A DNA stretch of 64,000 nt, from NCBI GenBank assembly GCA_038205115.1, contig JBBRCE010000005.1, forward strand, positions 79,754-143,753, read 5' to 3'. A model generated the notes under the pieces. It saw only the letters and a program-made list of their open reading frames with translations. It had not been told where the DNA came from and did not search any database. Positions 49,391 through 59,523 of the stretch are shown one piece after another. Each line of letters begins with the position of its first letter. Positions within the stretch are counted from its first letter, which is position 1. Origin of the DNA: Pirellulales bacterium. GTDB lineage: Bacteria > Planctomycetota > Planctomycetia > Pirellulales > JBBRCE01. The position numbers and the translations under genes are program-made.

Positions 49391-49437
49391 CTCCCTTCGC
49401 CCCGGTACTCCGGGGAGAAGGGCCGGGGATGAGAGGC
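49391..49437. repeat. REP-like palindromic element
   Basis: CCCTTCGCCCCGG-TACT-CCGGGGAGAAGGG hairpin (one mismatch) followed by CCGGGGATGAGAGG, resembling the common GGGAGAGGG..GGG.TGAGGG intergenic repeats. Confidence 0.7.
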
Positions 49438-50022
49438 TGAGTTGACGATCTGTCAACGCGAGTGCGTTGTTGAGCAATCAACGCTGCGAACGAGATTGTT
49501 CCGCGCGGCAATTCGCCGGCATTTGCATGAGACTGGTGGCAGGAGATGTCGCGTGGATGGTTTGCTAGACAAAAGTAGGTTCGCCGGTGCGCTGGCGAGT
49601 CGAAATCGAACCGACACGCGGCCGCAGTAAATAGCCGAATCCCCGTTGCAGCTCTTTGACAACTTAACCGGCGGTCGCTTGCGCCCAAGCAGCCTGGCGA
49701 CCGCTCACACACTCCGATTTGCGAAAGTGCGATTCGGCGCGTAGCGCTTTGCGCTTGCGCGCCGGGGCAGGAAAATTGCCCCTTCGCAGCGAAGCAAATC
49801 GGAGTGGCCAGCCTGCGGTCCGCGCCGAAGCGGTAGAAAAAGTGCATCTCCGGCGCGTTCTGTCCTCACTGTCCACTACGATTTTCGAGGTCAAAACCGT
49901 TGCCAAGTTGTTACGCTCAGCAACGTTACAAGTGAGCACCGCACGCGCCGGCAGGAATTTCTTTTCCGTCAGCTAAGCGCCGTTTCTTCGCCTTGGCCGC
50001 TCTCGATTGTTTTGGCTCGTCG

Positions 50023-52614
50023 TTAATCGCGCAGCGTGCCGCGCGTTACGCCCAACTGGTTGAGCACGTTAAGCTGCCGCCAAACGCTTTTGCCGACCTC
50101 TTGCCCGGCCAGCAACCGGGCGTAGCGATCCAACAGCGATGCGGTTTCGGTGGGAGTTTCGCGCAGCAGTTCCACGCGAAAATGTCGCACGCCCAGCTTT
50201 TGCATGCGACTGATGTATTCGGCCGCCGATTGAGCCACGGCGTTGAAGACCGTGTTGCGGCAGCCAGTATCGGCCAAGAGCGGAAATGCCGAACCGGTGG
50301 CGCGATCGCGCAGTTCCACCCGGTGATGATCGCAGGGGCGGCCGCAATCGCGATGATCTTTGCCGTCGGACAAGACAGCCGCAAACACACAGTGCTCCAT
50401 ATGGAACATCGGCATGTGTTGATGAACCACGGCTTCGAACCAGCCGGCATCAAACTGCCCGAGCATGGCCGACATCTGCTCCCAACTCAGATCGTAGCTG
50501 GGCGTGAGCCGCGACAAACCCTGGCTGGCAAAGAAATCGGCCGTTAGTTCGTTGGCAATGTTTAACGAATAATCGCCAATCCGTTTGATGTGCGACGCCT
50601 GCTCGCGGAAAAACGCCAGACCCGCCAGGTTGCGAATCAACACGGCGTCGGCGCCGGCTTGAGCGATTTTTGTCAGCAAACCATCTTCGCCGGGCTTGAT
50701 GATTCGCAGCGTCGCCAGTGCAATGGGCAGCTCGGCCGCGCGCGCTCGCTCGACGGCCTCGCGATACCGGCGCACGTCTTCGAAGTCGCAGTAAACCATC
50801 GTCGGCCGCACAATGCCCGCTTCGCCGCGCCAAGCCAGCACCGCATCCAGTTGTTCGAGCGAACGCACCAGCACGTAAAGTTGTGCGCTGCCGGGCAACT
50901 CCGCCGCGGCAACGCAATTGTCTGTCGCCGGCAAACACTGTTTGGCACCGCGCCGTAATTCGTCCAAAGCCAGCGGATGAATGTTGCGTTGACGCAACTC
51001 GCGGGCCTGCAGTTCGACCAGCGCGGTTGCCGCGCGACGACGCAAATCGTTGAGCACGCTTTTTGGAGTCATGGCCGTGGACGGCAAGTCGAGTTGCAAG
51101 CCAGCCAGCTCGAACGGCGTATCGCCCAGCCGGCCAAGTTGTTCGCCAATTGCCTCGGGCGAAAGCGGCTGCGAACGCGCCGCTTCCAGCGGTCCCGGCC
51201 AACTGACCGAAACCACGCGTCCCAACGCATCGCTTAACTGCAATGTCAGCGGCTCGCCCAACTGCCCTGCAAGCCGCGCGTGAACGGGTTGGCGAACAGT
51301 TGGCAGATCGCGGGCATAGCTCGACTCCAAGCGCTTACGCAACGCCGGATCATCAGTTTTCCAAACAAGGCTGCCAACGCTCACGCGCGAAAGATCGAAT
51401 GTCTCATGGTCGAATTGCAATTCCACATTCAGGCCGCCGGGTTCGCTGCCTGGCCGCATTGGCCCGATGGGTCGATTTCGGCCAGCCACCGCGGTTGGCA
51501 AAAAGTCGGCGGCAAACACGCGCCCGCCAAGCTCTTGCTGCTCGGGCCGACCTTCGTCAAAGCACACGCCATCGCCGGGCTTGACCGCCTCTTGATCTTG
51601 CCCGGCAAGCAGCGAAACCAGCACGCCGCGTCGCGTGCGATCGATCACCTGGCCCAATTGCACGCCGCGACTTTTCGGGAAACGGGCCGGCACGAGAGTC
51701 TGATGATTGATGCCGTCGAGGAATCCGTGCGAAAATCCGCGCGAGAAGGTTTGCGCCAAATCGCGCGCGGCAGCCGGCGCAATTGCGAACTTTTGCTGGT
51801 GCTCGGCGGCTGTGATGGCCGCGCGATAGGTCTGCGTGGTAGCGGCCACGTAATGCGAAGTCTTCAAACGGCCTTCGATTTTCAAACTGCAAACGCCGAG
51901 CTTGACCAGATCGTCGATCAGATCGTGCGCCGCCAAATCCAGCGGACTCAGCAGATAGGCGCGATCGCCCAAGTCGCGCGGCACGCCGTCGACAATCATA
52001 TCATACGGCATGCGGCAGGCTTGTGCGCATTGCCCGCGATTGGCACTGCGGCCGCCGAGCGATTCGCTGGTCAAACACTGCCCGCTGTAGGCCACGCACA
52101 GTGCGCCATGCACGAAAACTTCCAGCGGCATGTCAGTTTGTCCGCGAATCGTGCCGATCTCCAGCAGCGACAGTTCGCGGGCCAGGATCACTCGCTCGAC
52201 GCCCAAGCCGCGAACCAGTTCAATCCCGCGTGCCTCGGTGAGCGTCATTTGCGTCGAACCATGAATGGGCAGGTCCGGCGCCAAGTGGCGAATCAAACGG
52301 GCCAGTCCCAAATCTTGCACGATGATGGCGTCGATACCTGCGGCCACGGCTTGCGAAATAGCCTGCACCGCGTCGGGCAATTCATCCGAAAAAATCAGCG
52401 TGTTGAACGCCACGTAACCGCGGACGTTGCGGTCGTGCAAAAACGCCATCACCTCGGGCAATTCTTCGGCCGTAAAGTTGGTGGCGCGATAGCGTGCCGA
52501 ATAGTTGGGCAGGCCAAAGTAAACGGCGTCGGCACCGTTGGCTGCCGCGGCGCGCAGGCAGTCCCAGTCGCCAGCCGGGGCGAGGAGTTCGGGAGTCGAA
52601 GCAGAGCGATTCAA
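50023..52614 (-). CDS. Peptidase U32 family Fe-S hydroxylase, long RlhA-like form
   Basis: ELLAPAG, GADAVY.G, H.STQ, HGALCVAYSGQC, NRGQCAQACR, LKIEGR; C-terminal U32-like half. Start uncertain (TTG 52614 or ATG 52683). Confidence 0.88.
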   Translation of the reverse strand: MNRSASTPELLAPAGDWDCLRAAAANGADAVYFGLPNYSARYRATNFTAEELPEVMAFLHDRNVRGYVAFNTLIFSDELPDAVQAISQAVAAGIDAIIVQDLGLARLIRHLAPDLPIHGSTQMTLTEARGIELVRGLGVERVILARELSLLEIGTIRGQTDMPLEVFVHGALCVAYSGQCLTSESLGGRSANRGQCAQACRMPYDMIVDGVPRDLGDRAYLLSPLDLAAHDLIDDLVKLGVCSLKIEGRLKTSHYVAATTQTYRAAITAAEHQQKFAIAPAAARDLAQTFSRGFSHGFLDGINHQTLVPARFPKSRGVQLGQVIDRTRRGVLVSLLAGQDQEAVKPGDGVCFDEGRPEQQELGGRVFAADFLPTAVAGRNRPIGPMRPGSEPGGLNVELQFDHETFDLSRVSVGSLVWKTDDPALRKRLESSYARDLPTVRQPVHARLAGQLGEPLTLQLSDALGRVVSVSWPGPLEAARSQPLSPEAIGEQLGRLGDTPFELAGLQLDLPSTAMTPKSVLNDLRRRAATALVELQARELRQRNIHPLALDELRRGAKQCLPATDNCVAAAELPGSAQLYVLVRSLEQLDAVLAWRGEAGIVRPTMVYCDFEDVRRYREAVERARAAELPIALATLRIIKPGEDGLLTKIAQAGADAVLIRNLAGLAFFREQASHIKRIGDYSLNIANELTADFFASQGLSRLTPSYDLSWEQMSAMLGQFDAGWFEAVVHQHMPMFHMEHCVFAAVLSDGKDHRDCGRPCDHHRVELRDRATGSAFPLLADTGCRNTVFNAVAQSAAEYISRMQKLGVRHFRVELLRETPTETASLLDRYARLLAGQEVGKSVWRQLNVLNQLGVTRGTLRD

Positions 52615-52733
52615 TGCAATATAACCGTAATAAGCCGAGCGGTGCGCCAAGCCTTTATCGTATCGCAAAACAAGGTATTTCATAAGGGTTCGAGCCTGCC
52701 GACGCCCGGAAACGCTGGGAAAGCAGGCAAAAG

Positions 52734-52811
52734 TTGGCGGATGCGGGCCATTACGCACACGCTCGCTTGGCGGATGCGGGCCATTATGCACGCGCTCGCT
52801 TGGCGAAATGC
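52734..52811. repeat. 33-bp tandem repeat, two full copies plus a partial third
   Basis: TTGGCGGATGCGGGCCATTACGCACACGCTCGC / TTGGCGGATGCGGGCCATTATGCACGCGCTCGC / TTGGCGAAATGC. Confidence 0.9.
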
Positions 52812-52932
52812 CGCCAACCGTCGGCTTGCGCGGTGGAACGCCGCCCGCCTGCCCGCCGATTGCGCAACTGTGTACTAAGTTTGACCAGCACGTTTACGAT
52901 TATTCCGAAGACTCCGTTTGCTGTTCGCCTGC

Positions 52933-54798
52933 ATGTCTCAAGAACCTTTATCTGCCGATCCGATTTTGACTCGCTTGGCCGACTGCCATCCTGCAGTGCC
53001 GGAGCAACCGCGACTGCTTTGCCCAGGCAATTTGCAAAGCCAACTCGACGCGCAAACCGCCGAATTGTCCGCAACCCGCAACGCGCTGAAAATCGTCATC
53101 GAGCAGCGGCAAGCGATCGAAGCCGAGCGGCTGCAGTATGTCGCACAATATGAATTGGCGGCAAAACGCATCCAAGAACAATCGCTGGCGCTGCAACATG
53201 CCAAAGAACTCGCCGAGGCCGCCAATCAAACCAAGAGCGATTTCTTAGCCAACATGAGCCACGAGATTCGCACGCCGCTAACCGCCATTCTCGGCTACTG
53301 CGACATCTTGCGAATCGAGGGCTTGCGCGATCAACTTTCGCCTTCGCAGATGAACATCGTCGATACCATCCGCCATGCCGGCGATCATTTGATGACCGTC
53401 ATCAGCGATATTCTCGATCTTTCGAAGATCGAAGCCGGACGCTTGGAGACCGAGCAAATCGAAACCGATTTGCCGCGCATCCTGGTCGAGGTCGACAGCT
53501 TGATGCGACCACGGGTCACCAGTAAAAAAGTCGGGCTGCGGACGGTGCTAGAAACGCCGGTGCCGGTGACAATCATCAGCGACCCCACGCGGTTGCGCCA
53601 GATCTTGATGAATCTGATTGGCAACGCGGCGAAGTTCACCTCACAGGGTGAAGTTTTGGTGCGCGTAAGTGTCAACGCCGAGCAGCAAACGCTGCAAATT
53701 GCCGTCGAAGATACCGGTGCCGGCATGACGGCCCAGCAAGCCGAAAAGTTGTTCGCCCCGTTCACACAGGCCGACACTTCGGTCACACGCAAACATGGCG
53801 GCACCGGCCTTGGCTTGACCATCAGCCGCCGGCTGGCGCGAATGATGGGCGGCGAAGTCCGCTTGCTGCGCACGGCTCCGCAGCAGGGTTCTTGCTTCGC
53901 GCTTGAGTTGCCGCTGAAGTACACTGCCAATTGTGAATTGGTCGGCGACCTCAATGCGTTGACGTCCGATTCCCGCGATCGCAGCGCCGCGGCCACAGTT
54001 ACATTGAGCGGCCGAATTTTGCTGGCTGAAGACAGCCTCGATAATCAGCAGCTCATCGCCTTCCATCTTCGCAAAGCCGATGCCACGGTCGACATTGCCG
54101 ACAACGGGCGAATCGCTCTGGAAAAAATCGAAGCGGCGGCTCGCGCGGGTCAACCGTTCGACCTGCTACTCACCGACATGCAAATGCCGGAGATGGACGG
54201 TTACACGCTTGCCCGCACGTTGCGCATCCGAGGCGTGTCGATGCCGATCGTGGCGCTCACCGCGCATGCCATGGCTGAAGATCGACAAAAGTGCCTGGAT
54301 GCTGGCTGCGACGACTACGCAGTCAAGCCGCTCGACAAACGCAGACTTCTGACGACCTGTAAGAAATGGCTGGAACGCGCCGCAGCGCAGTCGGCATTGC
54401 CGGTGACGCCATCGGCGAGTCCAGTTCCCGCTTCAGAAAGTAGCACCATGTCCACAGACACCCTGACTTCTGACTTGCTGGACGATCCGGATCTGGCCGA
54501 AATTGTCGTGCTCTTTCTCGACAACCTCGGCGAGAAGCTGGACGGCATGACCACCTGCCTGGCCGCCGGGCAACTGACCGATGTCGCCCGCACCGCGCAT
54601 CAACTGAAAGGTGCCGGCGGCGGTTATGGATACCCGTCCATCAGCGTTGCCGCCCGCGAACTCGAACTTCAAGCCAAGCAGGCTGGCGACTTGGATGCCA
54701 TTCACGCGGCTTTGCAAGACTTGACGCAAATTTGCCAACGCGCCATCGCTGGACGCGAGATTGCCATGGCACACACCAGCAACGCCGGCGGACTGTAG
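52933..54798 (+). CDS. Cytoplasmic hybrid histidine kinase (HisKA-HATPase-REC-Hpt)
   Basis: [60 protein letters not shown]. Confidence 0.93.
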   Translation: MSQEPLSADPILTRLADCHPAVPEQPRLLCPGNLQSQLDAQTAELSATRNALKIVIEQRQAIEAERLQYVAQYELAAKRIQEQSLALQHAKELAEAANQTKSDFLANMSHEIRTPLTAILGYCDILRIEGLRDQLSPSQMNIVDTIRHAGDHLMTVISDILDLSKIEAGRLETEQIETDLPRILVEVDSLMRPRVTSKKVGLRTVLETPVPVTIISDPTRLRQILMNLIGNAAKFTSQGEVLVRVSVNAEQQTLQIAVEDTGAGMTAQQAEKLFAPFTQADTSVTRKHGGTGLGLTISRRLARMMGGEVRLLRTAPQQGSCFALELPLKYTANCELVGDLNALTSDSRDRSAAATVTLSGRILLAEDSLDNQQLIAFHLRKADATVDIADNGRIALEKIEAAARAGQPFDLLLTDMQMPEMDGYTLARTLRIRGVSMPIVALTAHAMAEDRQKCLDAGCDDYAVKPLDKRRLLTTCKKWLERAAAQSALPVTPSASPVPASESSTMSTDTLTSDLLDDPDLAEIVVLFLDNLGEKLDGMTTCLAAGQLTDVARTAHQLKGAGGGYGYPSISVAARELELQAKQAGDLDAIHAALQDLTQICQRAIAGREIAMAHTSNAGGL

Positions 54799-54834
54799 GC
54801 CGGTGCAACGACGCGCAAACCAGACAGCGGCACG

Positions 54835-55359
54835 TCAATCGTGCACGGCGACGGATGCGCTTGCACGCTCGGCAAAAAACTGCGCCACTTGGCGGTCGAT
54901 CATGGCAATTGCCGGTTCGATCGCGCCGGCAACGGCCGTGCTTAAGCCAATGCGGCCGTCTTCGCCCCCAAGATCGGCCGGCTCGCAGCCAACGATCAAC
55001 AAATTTCGCACTTGGCCGCCCAGGGAACTGACCATCCGCAGCACGTTGAGCGGATCCAGGCTGTGCCCGTCCAAGGCCACTGCGCCGCCGCTCGAAAGAT
55101 CGTAGTCGTTGGGATCCGGCTGCAGCAGGTAAACGCTGCCCGGCACGCCGTGTTGCGACATGGCGTCGATCAGGATGTTGAGGCCATAGCCATCCATCAG
55201 CGCAAAGGCGACATCCATTGCGCGAATTCCCAGCTCGGCAACTCGTACGCCTTCGATGGCGCCGCGCCTTATCAATCGCTGCGCAACTTCGCAGCCGAAG
55301 GCGTCATCGCCCATGAAGATGTTGCCGACGCCAATGATCTGCACGCGGTCGGCGTTCAT
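54835..55359 (-). CDS. Hydrogenase maturation endopeptidase (HybD/HupD family)
   Basis: GVGNIFMGDDAFG, IDA, PGSVY, DGHSL, VGCEP, GLS..V. Confidence 0.9.
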   Translation of the reverse strand: MNADRVQIIGVGNIFMGDDAFGCEVAQRLIRRGAIEGVRVAELGIRAMDVAFALMDGYGLNILIDAMSQHGVPGSVYLLQPDPNDYDLSSGGAVALDGHSLDPLNVLRMVSSLGGQVRNLLIVGCEPADLGGEDGRIGLSTAVAGAIEPAIAMIDRQVAQFFAERASASVAVHD

Positions 55360-55688
55360 GGCCGATGCTCATGGGCTTGATCGCTGGCGGCAACCGCGGG
55401 TTCAACTTCGTCCAGCGAAAAGAAAAAGCGATGCGCGATTTGTCGCAGCAGACCCATATCGCGCCCTGGGTCATCATCGACGACCACCGCCAAATGGATC
55501 TGATCTTCGAAGTCCTGTTCGATGGCTTCGATGACAGCTAGCTTGCCCTTGAGCGCGATGTCCATGATATCGGCCTTGCGGCGTGGCCAGAGCCGCACGC
55601 GATCGCCGACGCTGAATTCCATGCCAGCGTGTTGCACGCTCTGCAGTGGCGCGCGATTCTCATGCTCGTTCCAATGAAATGGTGTCAC
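55356..55688 (-). CDS. Hypothetical hydrogenase-cluster protein (SH3/KOW-like)
   Basis: GDRVRL.P...ADI.D..L.G..A.I..I..D....HLAV..DDDPG.D.G....HRFFF..DEVEP; overlaps both neighbours by 4 nt. Confidence 0.8.
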   Translation of the reverse strand: MTPFHWNEHENRAPLQSVQHAGMEFSVGDRVRLWPRRKADIMDIALKGKLAVIEAIEQDFEDQIHLAVVVDDDPGRDMGLLRQIAHRFFFSLDEVEPAVAASDQAHEHRP

Positions 55689-56773
55689 CCGTTGGTCTCC
55701 AGTACCTGTTTGAGCCCACGAATGGCGCCATGCAATCGCGCCAATTGCTCCGGCGGCAGCGACTCCGTGCGCTCAAGCAATTGCCGCGCACGCGAATCGA
55801 GCCCACGCATTTGATTTTTTTCGACATCCGTGAGCGACATAATACTGAGCGTCAGCAATTCGTCGTTCTCCGTGCCGTCGAATAAATCGCCCGGACTTTC
55901 CGGCGCGATCTGTGGATAATCGTACAAAATGATCGGCGAAGAAAGTAACAGATCGCAATCTCCCGGCTCGCCCACCAGCACCGGCCAAGTGCCCACATTC
56001 TGGCAGTCCGCCGCGTGATGGCGAAATTCCTCAGGCGTTTCCAGCAACGAAACGAACTGGCCATTGCAAACGCCCAGCACGGTATGCGTCGAGATCATTG
56101 AATGCAGCAGCGCCGCGTCGCGCTCAACGCAATTGCCCGCATGCTGAGCGTCTGACGAAACCGTTTGATTGATGATATCCACGCGAATTTTGAACATGTC
56201 ATCGCCAAGCGCCCAGCTCGAAATTTCGATGGTGCCGTGCAGCGCGTGCTGCGTGCGAATGACTTGCGCGACGACCTGCCCCGCGCGGTTGGCCAGCGGT
56301 TCGCGGCTTGTTCCGCCCGGCCAAACGAATTCGCAGCGTTGCGGTTGCGTGGATCGTTGCTGCAACCGCAGCGAATCGACCACAAACTCGCGTTCTTCGG
56401 CCTCTTGCCAGGTAGAAAAGTGCTGACCATCAATCTCGATCGATTCTTGCGTCTGGTAGAATTCACCGAGCGGTGAGCCGACTTCATCATCGGTCGTCGC
56501 AAACGGCGGTTTGGCAACTGCAATTTCTCGCAAACGAAGTTGCAAACAACGCACGCGAATTTCCAGCCGCGTCTCGGCATGGCCTTGCACCAGACACTCG
56601 GTTCGCATGCGGTTGACGCCGTCGCCAATGCGCTGCGGCACTCCGCCCTGCGGATAGAGCACGCCAAAATTAAATCGCTGCTGATTTTTCAAGGCCGAGG
56701 CGCAATACGGATACAGCACGTAGCCCTCGTACAGCACGGTGCTTGCAATTTTTTGTACGGCGGCGAGATTCAT
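55685..56773 (-). CDS. Conserved hypothetical protein of group 1h-type [NiFe]-hydrogenase clusters (HhaC-like, by recall)
   Basis: VLYEGY.LYPY...ALKNQ.RF.FGVLYP, WQEA.ER, LLSSPIILYDYPQIAPESPGDLFDGTE.DELLTL. Confidence 0.72.
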   Translation of the reverse strand: MNLAAVQKIASTVLYEGYVLYPYCASALKNQQRFNFGVLYPQGGVPQRIGDGVNRMRTECLVQGHAETRLEIRVRCLQLRLREIAVAKPPFATTDDEVGSPLGEFYQTQESIEIDGQHFSTWQEAEEREFVVDSLRLQQRSTQPQRCEFVWPGGTSREPLANRAGQVVAQVIRTQHALHGTIEISSWALGDDMFKIRVDIINQTVSSDAQHAGNCVERDAALLHSMISTHTVLGVCNGQFVSLLETPEEFRHHAADCQNVGTWPVLVGEPGDCDLLLSSPIILYDYPQIAPESPGDLFDGTENDELLTLSIMSLTDVEKNQMRGLDSRARQLLERTESLPPEQLARLHGAIRGLKQVLETNG

Positions 56774-56806
56774 GAAATCACCTGCGATGTGAAATCCATT
56801 GTGCTT

Positions 56807-57508
56807 TCAAACGGGGCTAGCCGCGGGCGAGGTTTGCGGCAGCAAGCCGATAAACTCCGCGCGGCGCAGCGCCAAATAAGCCAGCCACTCGGTCAGGCCT
56901 TCGCCCGTTTTTGCCGACAACGTCATGACATCCACGCCCGGCCGAACTTGCTGAATGTTTTTCAGCGCCAGCGGCAGGTCGAATTCTACGGCCGCGGCTA
57001 GATCGATTTTGCTGATCACCACGGCGTCGACGGTATTGATTAGCGACGGATATTTGAGCGGTTTGTCTTCGCCTTCGGTGACGGACATGAGCATCACGCG
57101 AAACGCCTCGCCGAGATCCCAACTCGTGGGGCAGACGAGGTTGCCGACATTTTCGATGAACAAAAAATCGTAGTCGGACAGCGTCCACTCGGCCAGCGCG
57201 CCGCGAACCATTTCGGCTTCCAGATGACACATCGCTCCGGTGAGAATCTGTCTGGCCGGAGCGCCGCTGGCCGCCAGTCGCCGCGCGTCGTTGTCGGTGG
57301 CCAGGTCTCCAACCACGGCCGCCACGCGATGCGTTTTGCGTAGCGCCGCCAGTGTTTTAGTAAGCAGTTCCGTCTTGCCAGATCCGGGACTCGAGACGAC
57401 ATTCGTCGCAAACAGGCCGGCACCGACAAAATCCGCGCGCATCGCCCGCGCGAGCTCATCATTCTTTTTGAGAATCTTGGTTCTCAATTCAACAATCCGC
57501 GGCGGCAT
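56807..57508 (-). CDS. hypB: Hydrogenase nickel incorporation GTPase
   Basis: SSPGSGKT, D.AT..DA.RL, CHL, ENVGNLVCP, EGEDKPLKYP, K.DL. Confidence 0.96.
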   Translation of the reverse strand: MPPRIVELRTKILKKNDELARAMRADFVGAGLFATNVVSSPGSGKTELLTKTLAALRKTHRVAAVVGDLATDNDARRLAASGAPARQILTGAMCHLEAEMVRGALAEWTLSDYDFLFIENVGNLVCPTSWDLGEAFRVMLMSVTEGEDKPLKYPSLINTVDAVVISKIDLAAAVEFDLPLALKNIQQVRPGVDVMTLSAKTGEGLTEWLAYLALRRAEFIGLLPQTSPAASPV

Positions 57509-57869
57509 ATTCGTCGATCTCCCTATCGTCAATTTCCATACTGACCAGGTCAAGTTCCTGGCCACTGACAATTTCCGAGCACGGCGCATAGCAGGCCGGA
57601 CAAGCAAAATTCAGCACGTCCGTTAATGTTTGGTCCGCGTCACACGCCGTACAGCGAACCACCAGCGGCAGTTCGATGATTTCCAGTTCCGCACCGGCGC
57701 ACAGCGTGCCTTCGGCAACTAACTCAAACGAGAATTGTAAAGACTCTTTGACGATTGCGGCTAGAGCCCCAATCTTAACCGTCAACTTGCAAACGCGCGC
57801 CGCTTGCTCTCTCTCCGCCGCTTCACAGGCAAGTTCGATCAAATGCTGCGCGACGGAAAGTTCGTGCAT
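57489..57869 (-). CDS. hypA: Hydrogenase nickel chaperone
   Basis: MHELS, CTAC, CPAC, G.EL. Confidence 0.95.
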   Translation of the reverse strand: MHELSVAQHLIELACEAAEREQAARVCKLTVKIGALAAIVKESLQFSFELVAEGTLCAGAELEIIELPLVVRCTACDADQTLTDVLNFACPACYAPCSEIVSGQELDLVSMEIDDREIDEYAAADC

Positions 57870-58011
57870 GCCAGCCGCGCTGCTCCGCCAAACGATTGAA
57901 AACACCGCACCGCGAGATGACGAACCTCGCGGGAATCGCTACCATGACGGCGACCGTCCGTAGCGCTGCCGTGACAACCTACATCATCCATCACTTCGAG
58001 CATTGTATCAC

Positions 58012-58356
58012 ATGTGCCTTGCGATTCCTGCCCAGATCATTGAAGTGGCCAACGACGATTCGCTGGCCACGGTCGACATCTTGGGCGTGCGCCGCAAAGT
58101 GAATGTCGATCTGCTCTCGGACGATCCACCGCAGCTTGGCGAGTGGGTCTTGGTGCATGTTGGATTTGCCATGAACAAGATCAGCGCCGAGCGCGCGGCC
58201 GAGCAGATCGAATTGCTATCGATGCTGGGCGAGGCCACCGCCGCGTTGGAAGAGGCGGACGGCTACGACTTTGCCGCGCCGCATGTCTCCCCCTTTGCGG
58301 AAACTGAAGAACAACCGCTCGCTGCCGACGATTCTCGTCCGAGGTCCGACCGATGA
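58012..58356 (+). CDS. hypC: Hydrogenase assembly chaperone
   Basis: MCLAIP, GEWVLVHVGFA. Confidence 0.96.
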   Translation: MCLAIPAQIIEVANDDSLATVDILGVRRKVNVDLLSDDPPQLGEWVLVHVGFAMNKISAERAAEQIELLSMLGEATAALEEADGYDFAAPHVSPFAETEEQPLAADDSRPRSDR

Positions 58357-59498
58357 AATACGTTGATGAATTTCGCGACCCGGTGATGATTCGCAAGACG
58401 CTGGCGGAGATTCACGCCGTGGCCGATCCGCGGCAGTATTATCGCATCATGGAAGTCTGCGGCGGCCATACGCATGCCATCTTCCGGTTTGGCTTGAAAG
58501 AACTATTGCCGGACAACGTCGAACTGGTGCACGGTCCTGGATGCCCTGTTTGCGTATTGCCGATGGGCCGCATGGACGACGGCTTAGACCTGGCAGCCGA
58601 TCCGAATGTGATTTTTACGGCGTTTGGCGACATGATGCGCGTGCCTGGCTCGCAAGGTAGTCCGCTGGAGAGCAAAGCCCGCGGCGCCGATGTGCGGGTG
58701 GTTTATTCGCCGCTGGACGCGCTAAAAATTGCGCGGCAAAATCCCGATCGTCGCGTGGTGTTTTTTGCCATCGGTTTCGAAACCACCGCGCCTTCAACGG
58801 CCGTCACGTTGATGCAGGCCAAGAAGCTGGGCGTAATGAATTTTTCGGTGTTCTGCAATCACGTCACCATCATACCGGCCATCCGCGCGATCCTCGACTC
58901 GCCGGATATGCGCCTCAACGGCTTCATTGGCCCAGGGCATGTTTCTACCGTGATCGGTTGTCGGCCATACGAGTTCATTGCTCGCGATTATCGCTGCCCG
59001 ATTGCTGTTTCCGGTTTCGAGCCGGCGGATATACTGCAATCGCTACTCATGGTTTTGCGCCAATTGCGTAGCGGGGCCGCCAAGGTCGAAAATCAGTACG
59101 ACCGCGTCGTGCCCTGGGAAGGAAATCTAGTCGCGCTGAAAACGCTGGCCGAGGTGTTCGAAGTTCGACCGCACTTCGAGTGGCGTGGCCTGGGCTTCAT
59201 CTCGCACTCCGCGCTGCGAATCAACGATCGCTACGCTGCTTGGGATGCCGAAAAAACCATGAATATCCGCGGCATTTCCGTGGCCGATCCCAAAGCAGCG
59301 CAATGTGGCGAGGTGCTTAAAGGCGTGCTCAAACCGCATCAATGCAAATTGTTCGGCAAGGAATGCACGCCCGAGCGGCCGATTGGTGCCCTGATGGTCT
59401 CGGCCGAAGGCGCGTGCGCCGCGCACTTCAAATACGGCGTCACGCCTCAGCAACGGCCAACCGGCGAGTTGACCGAACTGCCCGTCATCTCTCTCTAG
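58353..59498 (+). CDS. hypD: Hydrogenase formation protein
   Basis: MEVCGGHTH, GPGCPVC, GFETT, GPGHVS, C-terminal Cys cluster. Confidence 0.97.
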   Translation: MKYVDEFRDPVMIRKTLAEIHAVADPRQYYRIMEVCGGHTHAIFRFGLKELLPDNVELVHGPGCPVCVLPMGRMDDGLDLAADPNVIFTAFGDMMRVPGSQGSPLESKARGADVRVVYSPLDALKIARQNPDRRVVFFAIGFETTAPSTAVTLMQAKKLGVMNFSVFCNHVTIIPAIRAILDSPDMRLNGFIGPGHVSTVIGCRPYEFIARDYRCPIAVSGFEPADILQSLLMVLRQLRSGAAKVENQYDRVVPWEGNLVALKTLAEVFEVRPHFEWRGLGFISHSALRINDRYAAWDAEKTMNIRGISVADPKAAQCGEVLKGVLKPHQCKLFGKECTPERPIGALMVSAEGACAAHFKYGVTPQQRPTGELTELPVISL

Positions 59499-59523
59499 CG
59501 TAGTCGCCGAGGCGAACAGCAGC

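Noticed and set aside
48691-49976. Short ORFs in the apbE-U32 gap
   Set aside because: Arg/Ser/Cys-rich compositions, mostly non-ATG starts without SD, and no motifs; treated as non-coding.
52734-52811. Possible CRISPR array
   Set aside because: The repeats are head-to-tail with no spacers, and no cas genes are present.
51280-52878. 532-aa + strand ORF (and similar long ORFs such as 30291-31202, 9929-10828, 43151-44026)
   Set aside because: Antisense shadows of well-supported genes in GC-rich DNA, with no recognisable motifs.
52933-54798. HoxJ/HupT-type H2-sensing kinase
   Set aside because: No PAS domain, and no regulatory hydrogenase or NtrC-type regulator nearby; adjacency alone is insufficient.
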